DNA of 64,000 bases from NCBI GenBank assembly GCA_037385045.1, contig JARRNJ010000017.1, positions 1,797 to 65,796 on the forward strand. The letters are read 5' to 3'. Positions within the stretch are counted from its first letter, which is position 1. The number at the start of each line of letters is the position of its first letter. The notes below the pieces were generated by a model that did not search any database, was not told the DNA's origin, and saw only the letters and a list, made by a program, of their open reading frames with translations. Position numbers and translations under genes: made by a program. This DNA is from Gammaproteobacteria bacterium (GTDB taxonomy: Bacteria > Pseudomonadota > Gammaproteobacteria > JASBUN01). This document shows positions 1-9,605 of this stretch, one piece after another.

Positions 1-149
1 TCCGTGTTTTCGCAAGTGCCGTAGGGCGTGTTTGACGCCCCAGGCGGTAATCCACATGACTTCCGCTCGGTGTGTCGCTGCACCCGGCGTGCCTGCGGCG
101 GCCGGTCAGCCGGTTTCCGTCAGTGCGCCGCTCCCGCTGGCGTTCGCAT

Positions 150-980
150 TCATTGGTCGCCAGCCGCTATCGCGGCCACGCTCTCGATCCATGGCTCATC
201 GCTGCGTCCATAGGCAACGGTGACCTGGTAGGCGGGCAGCTTTATGCGCCCCGGGCGGTACGCCCAGCGCAGCCGAAACAGCTCGGGGTCGGACTTTCGC
301 AGTACGCCGTGAAATTGCCGCGGAACGTACACGGCGCCGGGCAGCAGTTCGGAAACGACGCCGAAGATCCTGTAGCCGGGACCGCCCCCGGTGCCCGCCC
401 CATATACGTAAGCCGACACCCTGGCTTTGGCGATGATGTAGCGGCTGCCGTCCGGGTAGCGCGTCCGCAGGACGGCCTGATCCGGTCCCACGTCCACCAG
501 CACCAGGCGCGACGCGGTCTTTTCAAACCGCGCGAAGGAGCGATTCAGGCGCTTGCGCTGCGTGTCACTGCCGGCCTTGGCAAGTTCCGTGGCCAGTTTT
601 TCCTGTCGGGCTCTCAACAGCCGCTTCCAGGCGCCGCCGTCGTATTCCAGCACGGCGTAGGCCTGGCGCGGCAGCAGCGTCTTGCGATGCGCGGGATCCG
701 TGTCCTGCAGCGCCCGGGAAATGTCGAAGCCCACGGATTCCAGCTTCGTCCGATCAAGGATCGCGCGAGCGCCGTCCGCACGCTGGCTCCAGCGGATACG
801 CAGGGACAGGCCGGTATTTTCGCTGCCAAAGCCGTGGTGCCAGGCAATGGGCAGTTCCCGCGCCGTCAGTGTCAGCCGCGCATGGGGGCTGCCGCTGCGA
901 TTGTAGGCAACGCCGCCGAGCACGACGAGATTGGTGGCCAGCACCAGGGCGATGCCGAGCAGATACCGCTTGTGTTTCAT
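150..980 (-). CDS. membrane-anchored protein, DUF4824-like (partner of DUF2157 protein)
   Basis: Tail of ORF 150..1091. Start taken at the internal ATG (MKHKRYLLGIALVLATNLVVLGGVAYNRSG, an N-terminal TM anchor). That ATG overlaps the upstream stop as ATGA. Family call is from memory of DUF4824 N-termini; no catalytic motif seen. Confidence 0.6.
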   Translation of the reverse strand: MKHKRYLLGIALVLATNLVVLGGVAYNRSGSPHARLTLTARELPIAWHHGFGSENTGLSLRIRWSQRADGARAILDRTKLESVGFDISRALQDTDPAHRKTLLPRQAYAVLEYDGGAWKRLLRARQEKLATELAKAGSDTQRKRLNRSFARFEKTASRLVLVDVGPDQAVLRTRYPDGSRYIIAKARVSAYVYGAGTGGGPGYRIFGVVSELLPGAVYVPRQFHGVLRKSDPELFRLRWAYRPGRIKLPAYQVTVAYGRSDEPWIESVAAIAAGDQ

Positions 981-2035
981 GCCGGTTGCTCCGTGGTGAC
1001 GGCCCGCAGGCGTTTGAGGATCAGGAGCACACCGACGGCGATCAATCCGAGCAGCAGGAAGAACAGGTACTTGGGCATCCATTCCCACCACCAGTCAAAC
1101 AACTTCGTATACAGATAGATGACGAAGAAGGCGCTGCCGAGATTGGCCAGCGCCGGCCAGTGGCGGCGGATCCCAAGCCAGATGGTGAGGCCGCTGCCGA
1201 TGAATCCCGCAGTCTGGTAGCCGCTCTCGATGGCATGGTTGGAGAACGGCAGATAACTGATGGCGCCCCAGTTGGACAGAATCAGAATGGCGATGAACAC
1301 CACCAGCAGGCCGTAGACCCGATAGATGCCGGGGAACGCCGGGCGCTGCCAGCGCTCGACCAGCCCGATAGCGAACAGCAGCAGGCCCGCCAGTATGAAG
1401 TTCTCGGGCCGCTGGCCGAAAGACAGCCAGTAGACGCCGCTCCAAGTGCCAACAGCGGCGGCCAAATAACCCATGAGGCTGGTGAGTCCCGCCACCAGGA
1501 CCAGCTTCAGCTCATAGCCGTAGGCGAGGATCAAGCCGTAGGCCGCCCACGCCAGGAACGCGTTCTCACTGGGGGCAATGTTGAAAATGTTGCCGAGCAC
1601 GCTCAGGTTGAGCACGAAGCAGGCGAAGGCGACCAGCGCCGCCAGCGACGTGAAATACAGGCTCCTGCCTTCGCGCCGGGCGATCCACTCCACGGCCACG
1701 GTCATCGACAGCGGTGCGGCAACCAGGATGGAGACCTGGGCGGCGGCGTTGAGATAGCCCCAGAAGCGGTAAAAGAAGAAAAAGACGGCGGCGGAAATCG
1801 ACAGCGCACCGAGAAACGAGGCGATACGCATGCCCCACGACAGACGTTTCTGGCCGTGGCTGGTGTCGACGTCGAACTGGCTGGAGATCGCCTGCAGGAG
1901 GTGCGCGTGATAGTCGTCGATGCGCGCCCGGGTTTCATCCGAGAGCACGAGCACGTCTTCATCGCGCAGCGTGTTCAACTCTTCCTGGAACGCGCGGATC
2001 CGGTCGGCGCGCCGCTGTGCCAGTTCCTTGTCCAT
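977..2035 (-). CDS. polytopic membrane protein, DUF2157-like
   Basis: ORF 977..2062 with start taken at MDKELAQRRADRIRAF. A soluble N-terminal helix is followed by about 10 hydrophobic helices. Its stop overlaps the next start (ATGA). Confidence 0.7.
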   Translation of the reverse strand: MDKELAQRRADRIRAFQEELNTLRDEDVLVLSDETRARIDDYHAHLLQAISSQFDVDTSHGQKRLSWGMRIASFLGALSISAAVFFFFYRFWGYLNAAAQVSILVAAPLSMTVAVEWIARREGRSLYFTSLAALVAFACFVLNLSVLGNIFNIAPSENAFLAWAAYGLILAYGYELKLVLVAGLTSLMGYLAAAVGTWSGVYWLSFGQRPENFILAGLLLFAIGLVERWQRPAFPGIYRVYGLLVVFIAILILSNWGAISYLPFSNHAIESGYQTAGFIGSGLTIWLGIRRHWPALANLGSAFFVIYLYTKLFDWWWEWMPKYLFFLLLGLIAVGVLLILKRLRAVTTEQPA

Positions 2036-2200
2036 GCCGGGCCTCCTGCAAGTGCTGGGCACAGTATAGCGGCTTCCAGGTGGTTTCGGCGCGGGAGAAA
2101 GCCGACATGGTGGCGCTGCCGGCCGTCAATGGGGCCGTCCGTCCCGTGCGGCGCAACACCTGTTTCCGGCGTGGGCAGACGAGCGGGGAATGGGCGCATG

Positions 2201-2974
2201 CTACCGGCACGCCGGTGGTGCCGGTATATCGGGCATGCCTCCGAACAGGCTCCAGTGTCGAGTTACTTCGATGGGAAACGTATACCGCTCAGGACGCGCC
2301 TGCAGGTTTGCGCGTCCGATACTGAATGCGTTGGTCAGCGGTTCGCAATGGATAGTGAGCTGTATGCTTCCCGGGTCGATTGCCACAAACCGGTGGTAGT
2401 GCAGGAAGCGGCCGCATTCCTGATTCCGGTCCACGCTTTCGCTTTGTCCCGCCAGCCGGTCCTGCCCCGGCGTTCCGCGGAAGACAATCGCATCACCTTG
2501 TACCGGCCAGCTCTTGCCGCTGCCACGGTCGAAGTAAGCGGACGTCTTCATCAGTTCATTGATGACGTCGAAGGCGTAGATGGATCCAAGACTGTGCGCC
2601 ACGACATAGCACGGTTGGCCGAGCTCGTAGGTTTCGAAAATGGGCTTTCGCAGCCCGGCGCGAATGGTGTTTGCCGTGCTGTCGTCGGCCAGGGCGACGA
2701 CCACGTCGCCGACCAGATCAAGCACCGCGCCGGCTACGGCGGCGTTCAAAGGTGTAGCGGCAATCAAACCGATGAGACGTTTGAATTTCGCCAACGCCCG
2801 GTCGTTGATGTTCTCATAACGGCAGAGGTCGACTTCGTACTGCAGGGGCAGTCCGCCCAGACGTGCCTCGATCCGGGCGGCGACCAGGCGGTCCTGGTCA
2901 AGGTCGACGTCGGTGCCGGACTGGACACCATGAACCACCAGCACCTTGCGCGGTTTGCCCGGGTCGACTGGCAT
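2201..2974 (-). CDS. alpha/beta-fold hydrolase (lipase/esterase-like)
   Basis: ORF 2201..3040 with start at MPVDPGKPRKVLVVHGV, preceded by a GGGAGGG RBS. Nucleophile elbow AHSLGS (GxSxG). Confidence 0.75.
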   Translation of the reverse strand: MPVDPGKPRKVLVVHGVQSGTDVDLDQDRLVAARIEARLGGLPLQYEVDLCRYENINDRALAKFKRLIGLIAATPLNAAVAGAVLDLVGDVVVALADDSTANTIRAGLRKPIFETYELGQPCYVVAHSLGSIYAFDVINELMKTSAYFDRGSGKSWPVQGDAIVFRGTPGQDRLAGQSESVDRNQECGRFLHYHRFVAIDPGSIQLTIHCEPLTNAFSIGRANLQARPERYTFPIEVTRHWSLFGGMPDIPAPPACR

Positions 2975-3163
2975 ATCGTGCCCTCCCTGGTATCGGCGAT
3001 TGCAGAACCTCTGCGCCACATACTGAATCCGTAGGCGCATTGTGGGTATTCAACCATGGTCGAGGAAAGTGCAAACCGGGCGTCCGGTCCAGCCGACAAC
3101 GTGACTCGCCCGCGTTCGAATCCGGCGCGGCCGTGAAGACCCCGCCGTGCCGTTCTGATCAAA

Positions 3164-3192
3164 CGAAACTAGGGAAACTACGGAAACTACGG
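3164..3192 (+). promoter_or_regulatory. three 9-bp direct repeats GAAACTA(G/C)G upstream of the MCP gene
   Basis: The sequence cgaaactagg gaaactacgg aaactacgg is read directly, about 235 nt upstream of the 3427 start. Function unknown. Confidence 0.3.
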
Positions 3193-3426
3193 ACTGCATT
3201 TCCGGGGCAAAGGCCGCCCGTTCCGAGTGCCAAGGCCATTCACTCGTTCTTCGGGCTCACAGCTGATTTCATCGGTGCGCAGCGCGCGGCCAGGGGCCCT
3301 CCGTTGGTTCGCCGGGCAACGGTTGGCGGATGGAAAATCAGCGGACGTTAAAGTATTTTGCGCAGCCGCCGAATGAACTGCGTTGAAGGGGGTGACACCC
3401 CATCGAAGCAATGAGGAGAAAAGGCT

Positions 3427-4680
3427 GTGCGGTCGAAACTCATGATCCCCGCCGAAACGCGAGCCCTGGCGCTTGCGCCGCTGGTCGCGACTACGGTGTT
3501 GGGCGTGCTGTTGTTTGCCGTTCACAGTCTGCTGCCATCCGGTTCAGAGGGTGGCCTGGTGATGTTTGTCGTCGCCGTCGTTCTGATCCCGGTTATCAGC
3601 TATTTCATCGGCCAGCGTCTGCTGGCCCGAATCCTCGGGTCCAACCTCGGCGCGATTGCGGCCTACGCCAAGTCAGCGGTGGCCGGCGAGCGTCACGACG
3701 CACCCGAGGTGAGCAGTGCTGGATCCATCGCCGGTTCGCTCGCGTCCCTGGCGGCCCAGGTCGAAAAAATGTCGACCAGCATCAAGGCGCACGTTGAAAG
3801 GATCAACTCCGAGGTCGAACAGCTTTCCGCCGGCAGCAACGAGATCCTGTTCACCACGCAGATGCAGGCGGCGGCCGCGAACGAAACGAAGCAGGTGATG
3901 AACGACATGTCGGAGCGTATCCAGGCCGTTTCCAGCCTGGCGCGTGACACCGAAGCGATCTCGAACAAAGCCACCAGTCTGTCCGCCGATGGCGAATCCG
4001 TGGTGCAGGATGCCGTCCGCGTCATGGAGCAGATATCCAGCGCCATGACGCTGGCCGCCGAGCAAATCAACGCCCTGACCAATCATGCGCACGATATCGA
4101 CAAGGTCGCTATCGTCATCCGCGACATCGCCGACCAGACCAACCTGCTGGCATTGAATGCCGCCATCGAAGCGGCGCGCGCGGGCGAGCAGGGGCGCGGC
4201 TTCGCCGTGGTAGCGGACGAGGTGAAGAAGCTGGCCGTGCGCACCGCGCAATCGACACAGGAAATCACCAGCACTATCCAGGTTATGCAGAATCAGACCA
4301 TGGAGGCGGTGGATGGCATTGGCCACGCGATGCCCTTGATGCAGCAGGGCGTGGAGAAGGCAGGCCGTGCCTCAGAGGTATTGAGAGACATTCGCCAGGA
4401 GTCTCAGAACACGCTGGACAAGATCAGCCAGCTGGCCGGCGAAATGGATGAGCAGTCGCAGATGGTGTCCAACGTCGTGGACAGCGTGGGCCAGATTCTG
4501 GATATGTCGTCGAGCACCGACAAGGTGGCCGAACGCACACTCCAGACTTCGGTCACCCTGTCGAACACCGCCATGGAGCTGCTGAACGATACACGGGTGG
4601 CGGAAGAGCAAACAGAAGACGAAAACGACACCGCAGACGGTACACCGGACGAACGGGCCGAGCCCGCGAAGACGAATTGA
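3427..4680 (+). CDS. methyl-accepting chemotaxis protein (TM hairpin, HAMP-like linker, no periplasmic sensor domain)
   Basis: Conserved MCP signalling tip [41 protein letters not shown] start 8 nt after a GAGGAG RBS. The two N-terminal TM helices are separated by only a few residues. Confidence 0.93.
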   Translation: MRSKLMIPAETRALALAPLVATTVLGVLLFAVHSLLPSGSEGGLVMFVVAVVLIPVISYFIGQRLLARILGSNLGAIAAYAKSAVAGERHDAPEVSSAGSIAGSLASLAAQVEKMSTSIKAHVERINSEVEQLSAGSNEILFTTQMQAAAANETKQVMNDMSERIQAVSSLARDTEAISNKATSLSADGESVVQDAVRVMEQISSAMTLAAEQINALTNHAHDIDKVAIVIRDIADQTNLLALNAAIEAARAGEQGRGFAVVADEVKKLAVRTAQSTQEITSTIQVMQNQTMEAVDGIGHAMPLMQQGVEKAGRASEVLRDIRQESQNTLDKISQLAGEMDEQSQMVSNVVDSVGQILDMSSSTDKVAERTLQTSVTLSNTAMELLNDTRVAEEQTEDENDTADGTPDERAEPAKTN

Positions 4681-4705
4681 CACATTCGGAAGATAGGAGA
4701 CTGCA

Positions 4706-5113
4706 ATGCCCTTAATCACATGGTCCAATATGCTGTCCACCGGGATCGGCGAACAGGACAACCAGCACAAGAAACTCATCGACCTCATCAACGAACTCAA
4801 CGATGCAATGCAGGCCGGCAAGAGCGCGGGCGTCCTGGGTAAAGTGCTCTCGGAGCTGGTCAACTATACTGTGTTCCACTTCGGCTACGAAGAGAAGCTG
4901 ATGGGAGAGCACAAGTATTCAGACACCCCGGCGCACAAGGCCGAGCATATCAAGTTCGTCCAGACCGTCGGCGAGTTCAAAAAGAAGTTCGACGCCGGGA
5001 ACGCGGTGGTGTCGGTCGAGATCATGAACTTTCTGCGCAACTGGCTCACCGGCCACATCATGAAGACCGACAAGAAGATGGGGCAGGAGCTGGTTAAAGC
5101 CGGCGTAAAATGA
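4706..5113 (+). CDS. bacteriohemerythrin (hemerythrin-like metal-binding protein)
   Basis: 135 aa. Motifs IDxQHKxLIDLIN, HFxYEE, H-x3-H (AHKAEH) and NWLxxHIxxxDKK. AGGAG RBS. Lies 25 nt after the MCP stop. Confidence 0.9.
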   Translation: MPLITWSNMLSTGIGEQDNQHKKLIDLINELNDAMQAGKSAGVLGKVLSELVNYTVFHFGYEEKLMGEHKYSDTPAHKAEHIKFVQTVGEFKKKFDAGNAVVSVEIMNFLRNWLTGHIMKTDKKMGQELVKAGVK

Positions 5114-5151
5114 CAGGCTGAACCTGACGGGTTTGTCACCCCGGTCCGCTG

Positions 5152-5183
5152 CGCCGGTGCGGCGCGGCCAAACCGCACCGGCG
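5152..5183 (+). terminator. 11-bp perfect GC hairpin after the hemerythrin gene (candidate terminator, no U-tract)
   Basis: cgccggtgcgg / 10-nt loop / ccgcaccggcg, read directly. The following sequence is not T-rich. Confidence 0.45.
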
Positions 5184-5497
5184 CGCGAAAAGTATCACTG
5201 CCCCGCGGTTTCGTGTCGCACTGCGCGCGACGAGGGCAGACACCCCGCGCGGCGGTGACTTCTTCGCGCGCCGGAACACCCTCATCGTCCGTTTTGCTCC
5301 CGTTCCTACGCTCGCTCCAAGGCAACCTGGGGCATCCCGCGGCACCGTGCCAGGGCTTTCCGCCCCAGGCCGCCGTCCTTGTCTGCGCGGTGAACTGCAG
5401 TGGTATCGACGTCGTCGTTGATGCAGATCATTTCGCCGTTGTCACCGGGCTCATAATCTGTAAATCCGCTGTCGTTCCTTTTACCGAGGAGAACGTT

Positions 5498-5968
5498 ATG
5501 CGCCACCGTCCGAGCCCCCTCATCGGCGTCGTGATCGTCGCCGGTTTTGTGCCCGTCGCCGGGGCCCAAACTCCTGCCGTACCGCAGCCTCCCCCCGACC
5601 ACCGCCAACTGGTGGAAATGCCGCCCCAAACCCGCGCATTCATCCGCCAGGATATGCTGGATCATCTCACGGCAATCAACCAGATCGTCGCCGATCTGGG
5701 GAAAAACGACCTGAAGTCGGCTGCCGATGTTGCCGAACAGCAACTGGGCGTCTCTACCATGGGCAAATACCGAGGCAGCCCGTACGCGCCGGGCCGTTTC
5801 ATGCCGGCGGGCATGCGCAATATGGGCTCGACCATGCACAAGGCCGCCAGCGATTTCGCCAAGGTCGCCCGCGAGGGGGACGCGAAGCAGGCATACGTGG
5901 CGCTGGAGAAGGTCACCAGCAGCTGTATTGGTTGTCACTTCAGCTTCCGCACCAAGGCCCAGCAGTAG
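5498..5968 (+). CDS. class II c-type cytochrome (cytochrome c'-like four-helix bundle)
   Basis: Internal ATG of ORF 5213..5968, preceded by GAGGAG. Signal peptide ends ...VAGAQT. A single CxxCH (CIGCH) lies about 10 aa from the C-terminus, as in cytochrome c'. Confidence 0.75.
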   Translation: MRHRPSPLIGVVIVAGFVPVAGAQTPAVPQPPPDHRQLVEMPPQTRAFIRQDMLDHLTAINQIVADLGKNDLKSAADVAEQQLGVSTMGKYRGSPYAPGRFMPAGMRNMGSTMHKAASDFAKVAREGDAKQAYVALEKVTSSCIGCHFSFRTKAQQ

Positions 5969-6127
5969 GTCCAGACCTGGCCGGCGCCGGTCGACGGCTT
6001 TGCGGGCCCGATCACGTGGGCGTCGCGGGCGGGGGCGGGCCCCGGTTGGCGCCATTGCGGGACAACACGTCGTGGCGGCGCGGCCGCTCTCCAGGAGGGC
6101 GCGTGCCGCCGCCCCCTCCGCACCCGC

Positions 6128-6838
6128 TCAACGAAGCGCGAATACCATGTCGAAGGAAACCGGCATCGGCAGGCTGATCCCGGGTGGTGGCGGGGGCAGT
6201 GGCACGGCGTCGCGTACCGCCTTTGCGGCTTCCTTGCGCAACAGGTGCCGGGCCCCGGTCGCCTGCAGCTGCGCCACGTTTCCTCCGTCCAGCAGGCGAA
6301 AAGCCACATGGACCCGCCCTTCGATGCCGCGCCGCCGTGCCGCGCGGGGATAGCGCTTGTGGGCCTCGATGTGGGCCAGCAGCCGGACCAGGTAGGCTTG
6401 GCGCGCTTTCTGCACCAGCTGCGGGTCCTGCTTGGGGGCGGCGCCGGCTGCCGGCCCCGGCGGCGCGGCGGCGGGGCTCAGTTGCGGTGCCGAGGCTGCG
6501 TTCGGTTGTGGCGGAGGCGCCGGTTCGGGTGTGGGCTGCGGTGCCGGGGACGGCTTCGGCTTGGCCGGGCGCGCCGGCCGCGGCTTCAGTTCGGGCCGGG
6601 GCCCGGGCGGCGGGGGTTTTCCCGTGGGGTTCGGCTTGGAGACCGTTTGCGGTGCGGGCGTGCTCTTCGGTTGCGGGGTGCTGACCGGGAGGAAACTGAG
6701 ACGGGTCACCGACGGCCGTGGCCGCGCGGGCGGTGCGTCGGCGCCGAAACGGCTGCCGGTGTGAACGAACAAAGCCAGATGCAGCAGCAGTGAGCCGCCG
6801 CCGGCCAGCGCCCAGATGGCCGCGTCGCGCCGGTTCAT
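6128..6838 (-). CDS. tonB: energy transducer TonB
   Basis: N-terminal TM anchor, long Pro/Lys/Ala-rich spacer, and a C-terminal YPRAARRRGIEGRVHVAF TonB domain. Its start overlaps the exbD stop. Confidence 0.9.
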   Translation of the reverse strand: MNRRDAAIWALAGGGSLLLHLALFVHTGSRFGADAPPARPRPSVTRLSFLPVSTPQPKSTPAPQTVSKPNPTGKPPPPGPRPELKPRPARPAKPKPSPAPQPTPEPAPPPQPNAASAPQLSPAAAPPGPAAGAAPKQDPQLVQKARQAYLVRLLAHIEAHKRYPRAARRRGIEGRVHVAFRLLDGGNVAQLQATGARHLLRKEAAKAVRDAVPLPPPPPGISLPMPVSFDMVFALR

Positions 6839-7236
6839 TTGTGCTCGGTGACCAGATCGATACCCGACGCCCCGGCCTTGCGCGCCGCGTCCAGCACCGC
6901 AACGGCGCCGCCCAGGCTTGCCGCGCGATCGCCGCGGATGCGCACCACCTTGTCCTTGCGCGCGGCGAGTTCAGTGCGCAGTGCAGGCTCCAGCGATTCG
7001 AGGGTGACAATCCGGTCGTGCATCAGCACCCGCCCCCGGGCGTCGAGGATCAGTTCCAGCCGCGCGTCGGCTTCCACCGCTTCGCCCGACTCCGCTGTCG
7101 GAAGGTCAACGTTGATTGCCTCCTCGCGCACGAAGTGCGAGGTGAGCATGAAGAACACCAGCAGCAGGAACACCACGTCGATCAGCGGCGTCAGGTTCGG
7201 AGTGCCGCGGCCGCGACGGCGGCCCTCAAAATGCAT
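6835..7236 (-). CDS. exbD: biopolymer transport protein ExbD/TolR
   Basis: 133 aa with the signature NLTPLIDVVFLLLVFFM. Overlaps the exbB stop by 11 nt. Confidence 0.93.
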   Translation of the reverse strand: MHFEGRRRGRGTPNLTPLIDVVFLLLVFFMLTSHFVREEAINVDLPTAESGEAVEADARLELILDARGRVLMHDRIVTLESLEPALRTELAARKDKVVRIRGDRAASLGGAVAVLDAARKAGASGIDLVTEHK

Positions 7237-7900
7237 GTCCTTCCCCTGCGCGACGGTGCGTCACCGTCGACCCGTCGTCTTCCCGCGGTGGCGCTTCCTC
7301 GTCGTGGGGGAGCAGTTCCAGCGCCACCGAGGCGTAGGTGCGCATCGCCTGGGCGCGGCGATCGGCGACGCCCTCGAGGAAGTGGAGCGTCAACAGGACG
7401 GGAATCGAGACGGCCAGCCCGACGCCGGTGGTGATCATTGCCTCCCAGATACCACCCGCCAGGGCCTGGGCGTCGACCCGGCCGCCGGCCTGTTCGATGA
7501 CCATAAAGGCTTTGATCATACCTATGATGGTGCCGAACAGGCCGAGCAGCGGTGCGGTGTTGCCGAGCACTTCGAGGGTGCGGAAGCCGCGTTCCATCGA
7601 CTGCAGTTGCTGCGATCCGACGCGGGTGGCGACCCGGCCGAGGGCCCGGACATTCTGGGCCGCCGCTTCCACCAGGGCGCGCACCAGGGTTACCTCCGGG
7701 CCCTGCAGCGGCCCCAGCAACTCGCCGGCGGTGCCGGCGCGCAGCGCCCGGCGCAGCTGTGTCTCGAAGGCGCCGGGCGGTCGTGGCAGCAGCAGAAACC
7801 GCAGCAGCCGTTCGATGACGATCGCCAGCGCCACCACCGAGTACCCGGTCAGCACCCACACCACCGGTCCGCCTTTGTCGAAGATGTCGTATACCGTCAT
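7226..7900 (-). CDS. exbB: MotA/TolQ/ExbB proton-channel protein
   Basis: C-terminal 224 aa of ORF 7226..8908, starting at MTVYDIFDKGGPVVWVL. Contains the motif GNTAPLLGLFGTIIGMI. The upstream part of the long ORF is a GC shadow. Confidence 0.93.
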   Translation of the reverse strand: MTVYDIFDKGGPVVWVLTGYSVVALAIVIERLLRFLLLPRPPGAFETQLRRALRAGTAGELLGPLQGPEVTLVRALVEAAAQNVRALGRVATRVGSQQLQSMERGFRTLEVLGNTAPLLGLFGTIIGMIKAFMVIEQAGGRVDAQALAGGIWEAMITTGVGLAVSIPVLLTLHFLEGVADRRAQAMRTYASVALELLPHDEEAPPREDDGSTVTHRRAGEGHAF

Positions 7901-8577
7901 GGCCGAATCCAACCCATTGCCGTTGCGCCGCCCAAAACCATCAACCCCACGCCGGCGGCTCTTTCCACGACGCCGCCCCACCGTTGCAGTGCGGCGCGCA
8001 CCTGGAGGCCGAAGTGTGCCATCACCGCACCGAACACCAGGGCGGGCATGAGCACCGCCCCGACACCGAAGCCGAGGCCCAGCCACAGCCCGGACTGCCA
8101 GGCGGCGCTGGCGGCGGCCGCCACCAGGACCGTGGCGAGCGGCACACAGGGGTTGAGTCCCATCGAAGCGCCCATGGCGAACAGACCCAGAGGCATCGCT
8201 GCCGGGCGGCGCGGGTAGATCGTGGCGGTGACCTCGCCGCCGCGCGGCTGCGCGGCGCAGCGCCGCGAGGCACCGGCCCGCCGCCACAGCAACACGCCGA
8301 CGACGAGCGTCGCGCCGCCCAGCGCGATGGAGGCCGCGGCCGGGTCCAGCCAGGACGTCGCCGCGCGCCCGGCGGCGCCCGCCACGGCACCGAGTCCCGC
8401 GTAGGCGGCCAGCCGTCCGAGCGAGAAGGCCGCGATGGTTCGCCAGGCGCCGGGGTGGCTGCCGAGGAACACAGGTCCGAGGTAAGGCAGGCAAGTGACG
8501 TTGCACGGTCCGGCGCCGAACACGAGCCCCATCAACAGCGCGCTGGAGAAGGTGAGGGCGACGGGCTCCACGTTCAT
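7897..8577 (-). CDS. DsbD_2 / UreH-like transmembrane protein (putative inner-membrane metal permease or thiol-redox membrane protein)
   Basis: 226-aa tail of ORF 7897..8844, starting at MNVEPVALTF. About 6 TM helices carrying GPCNVTCLPYLGP and LNPCVPL motifs. ATGA overlaps on both sides. Confidence 0.75.
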   Translation of the reverse strand: MNVEPVALTFSSALLMGLVFGAGPCNVTCLPYLGPVFLGSHPGAWRTIAAFSLGRLAAYAGLGAVAGAAGRAATSWLDPAAASIALGGATLVVGVLLWRRAGASRRCAAQPRGGEVTATIYPRRPAAMPLGLFAMGASMGLNPCVPLATVLVAAAASAAWQSGLWLGLGFGVGAVLMPALVFGAVMAHFGLQVRAALQRWGGVVERAAGVGLMVLGGATAMGWIRP

Positions 8578-9605
8578 GGCTCCTGTTGACGGCGCTGCCG
8601 CCACCAGGCGAGCAGGTTGGCCTGCTCCCAGCGCCCCTGTTTCTGTTTGCGCCGCTTGAAGTAGACGGGGTCCGAGGCGAACAGGGGGAGCGTCGCGTAC
8701 TGGAGCTTGAGCGCGTCCTTGTCGGGACAGAATTCGACGCAGCGCCCGCATAGCGTGCAGTCGGCAAACACCACATCGCTTTTTTGCATTTCGGTGTGAA
8801 TTTCGCGGATGTCCATCGGACAGGCCTTGGCGCACAGTCCGCACTTTTCACAGCGCGGTTTTGCCCGCTTGACCAACCGCACCAGTCCCAGCTTGCGAAA
8901 GACCGCATGCAGCGCCAGCATCGGGCAGATGCGGCAGAAGGGCTGGCGTACGAACAATCCGAAGGCGGTCATCAGGCCGAACAGGAATACGGCAATGGTC
9001 GAAAGAATGAAATAGCCGGCGCTGGAGCCGTCCACCACCAGCTGCGAGGTATCGCCGCCGGCCAGGGTGGTGAGCAGACGGCTGGGACAGATGCTGCAGT
9101 AGGGGCTGCCCAGCGCGTGGGACGTGACGCCCAGCCCGGTAAGCAGCGGCAGGCCGAATACCAACGCCAGCAGTATCACCCACTTGAGCGGGCGCACCCG
9201 GTCAACCAGGGCCGCCGACAACGTTTCGTAGCGCCGCACTCCCAGCTTCTGGCCCGCCATGTGCAACACTTCCTGGAAGAATCCGAGCGGACAGACCCAG
9301 CCGCAGAACGCCTTGCTCAGCAGCACGAACAGCAGCAGGAAGGTTGCCAGGGTGATCAGGCTGGGAAGGAAAGCCGCGAGGAGGCTGCCGCCGGCGGTGA
9401 GGACGCCGCCGGCGCGGTGATCCATCTGGTGCTGGAACGGGATCAGCGCGCAGTAGTCGGCGGTGTGTCCGTCGTAGGCGCACGCCAGGGCCGGCAGCGC
9501 CCCGGAAAGCTTGTCGGCGGCGTAGAAGCCGACCACCGTGGAGCCGTAGACCAGAAACATGAAGGCCGCCAATTGCACCAGCTTGCGCGTCACCGACAGG
9601 TTCAT
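8574..9605 (-). CDS. membrane-bound polyferredoxin, NapH/MauN-like (2x CxxCP plus 2x 4Fe-4S CxxCxxCxxxCP)
   Basis: Start at MNLSVTRKLVQLAAFMF. Motifs CSICP, CRICP, CEKCGLCAKACP and CTLCGRCVEFCP. Start and stop both overlap the neighbouring genes. Confidence 0.85.
   Translation of the reverse strand: MNLSVTRKLVQLAAFMFLVYGSTVVGFYAADKLSGALPALACAYDGHTADYCALIPFQHQMDHRAGGVLTAGGSLLAAFLPSLITLATFLLLFVLLSKAFCGWVCPLGFFQEVLHMAGQKLGVRRYETLSAALVDRVRPLKWVILLALVFGLPLLTGLGVTSHALGSPYCSICPSRLLTTLAGGDTSQLVVDGSSAGYFILSTIAVFLFGLMTAFGLFVRQPFCRICPMLALHAVFRKLGLVRLVKRAKPRCEKCGLCAKACPMDIREIHTEMQKSDVVFADCTLCGRCVEFCPDKDALKLQYATLPLFASDPVYFKRRKQKQGRWEQANLLAWWRQRRQQEP

Noticed and set aside
869-3034. 721-aa plus-strand ORF, along with 72..1118 and other long ORFs overlapping the first three genes
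   Set aside because: Arg/Gly/Ala/Pro-rich low-complexity translation with no motifs. It is antisense to genes with clear membrane or hydrolase signatures. This is a typical stop-codon-poor shadow ORF of high-GC DNA.
3114-3123. GTTCGAATCC, a T-loop-like decamer suggesting a tRNA
   Set aside because: The flanking bases cannot form a 5-bp T-stem (ccgcg versus ccggc). No acceptor or anticodon arms can be built around it.
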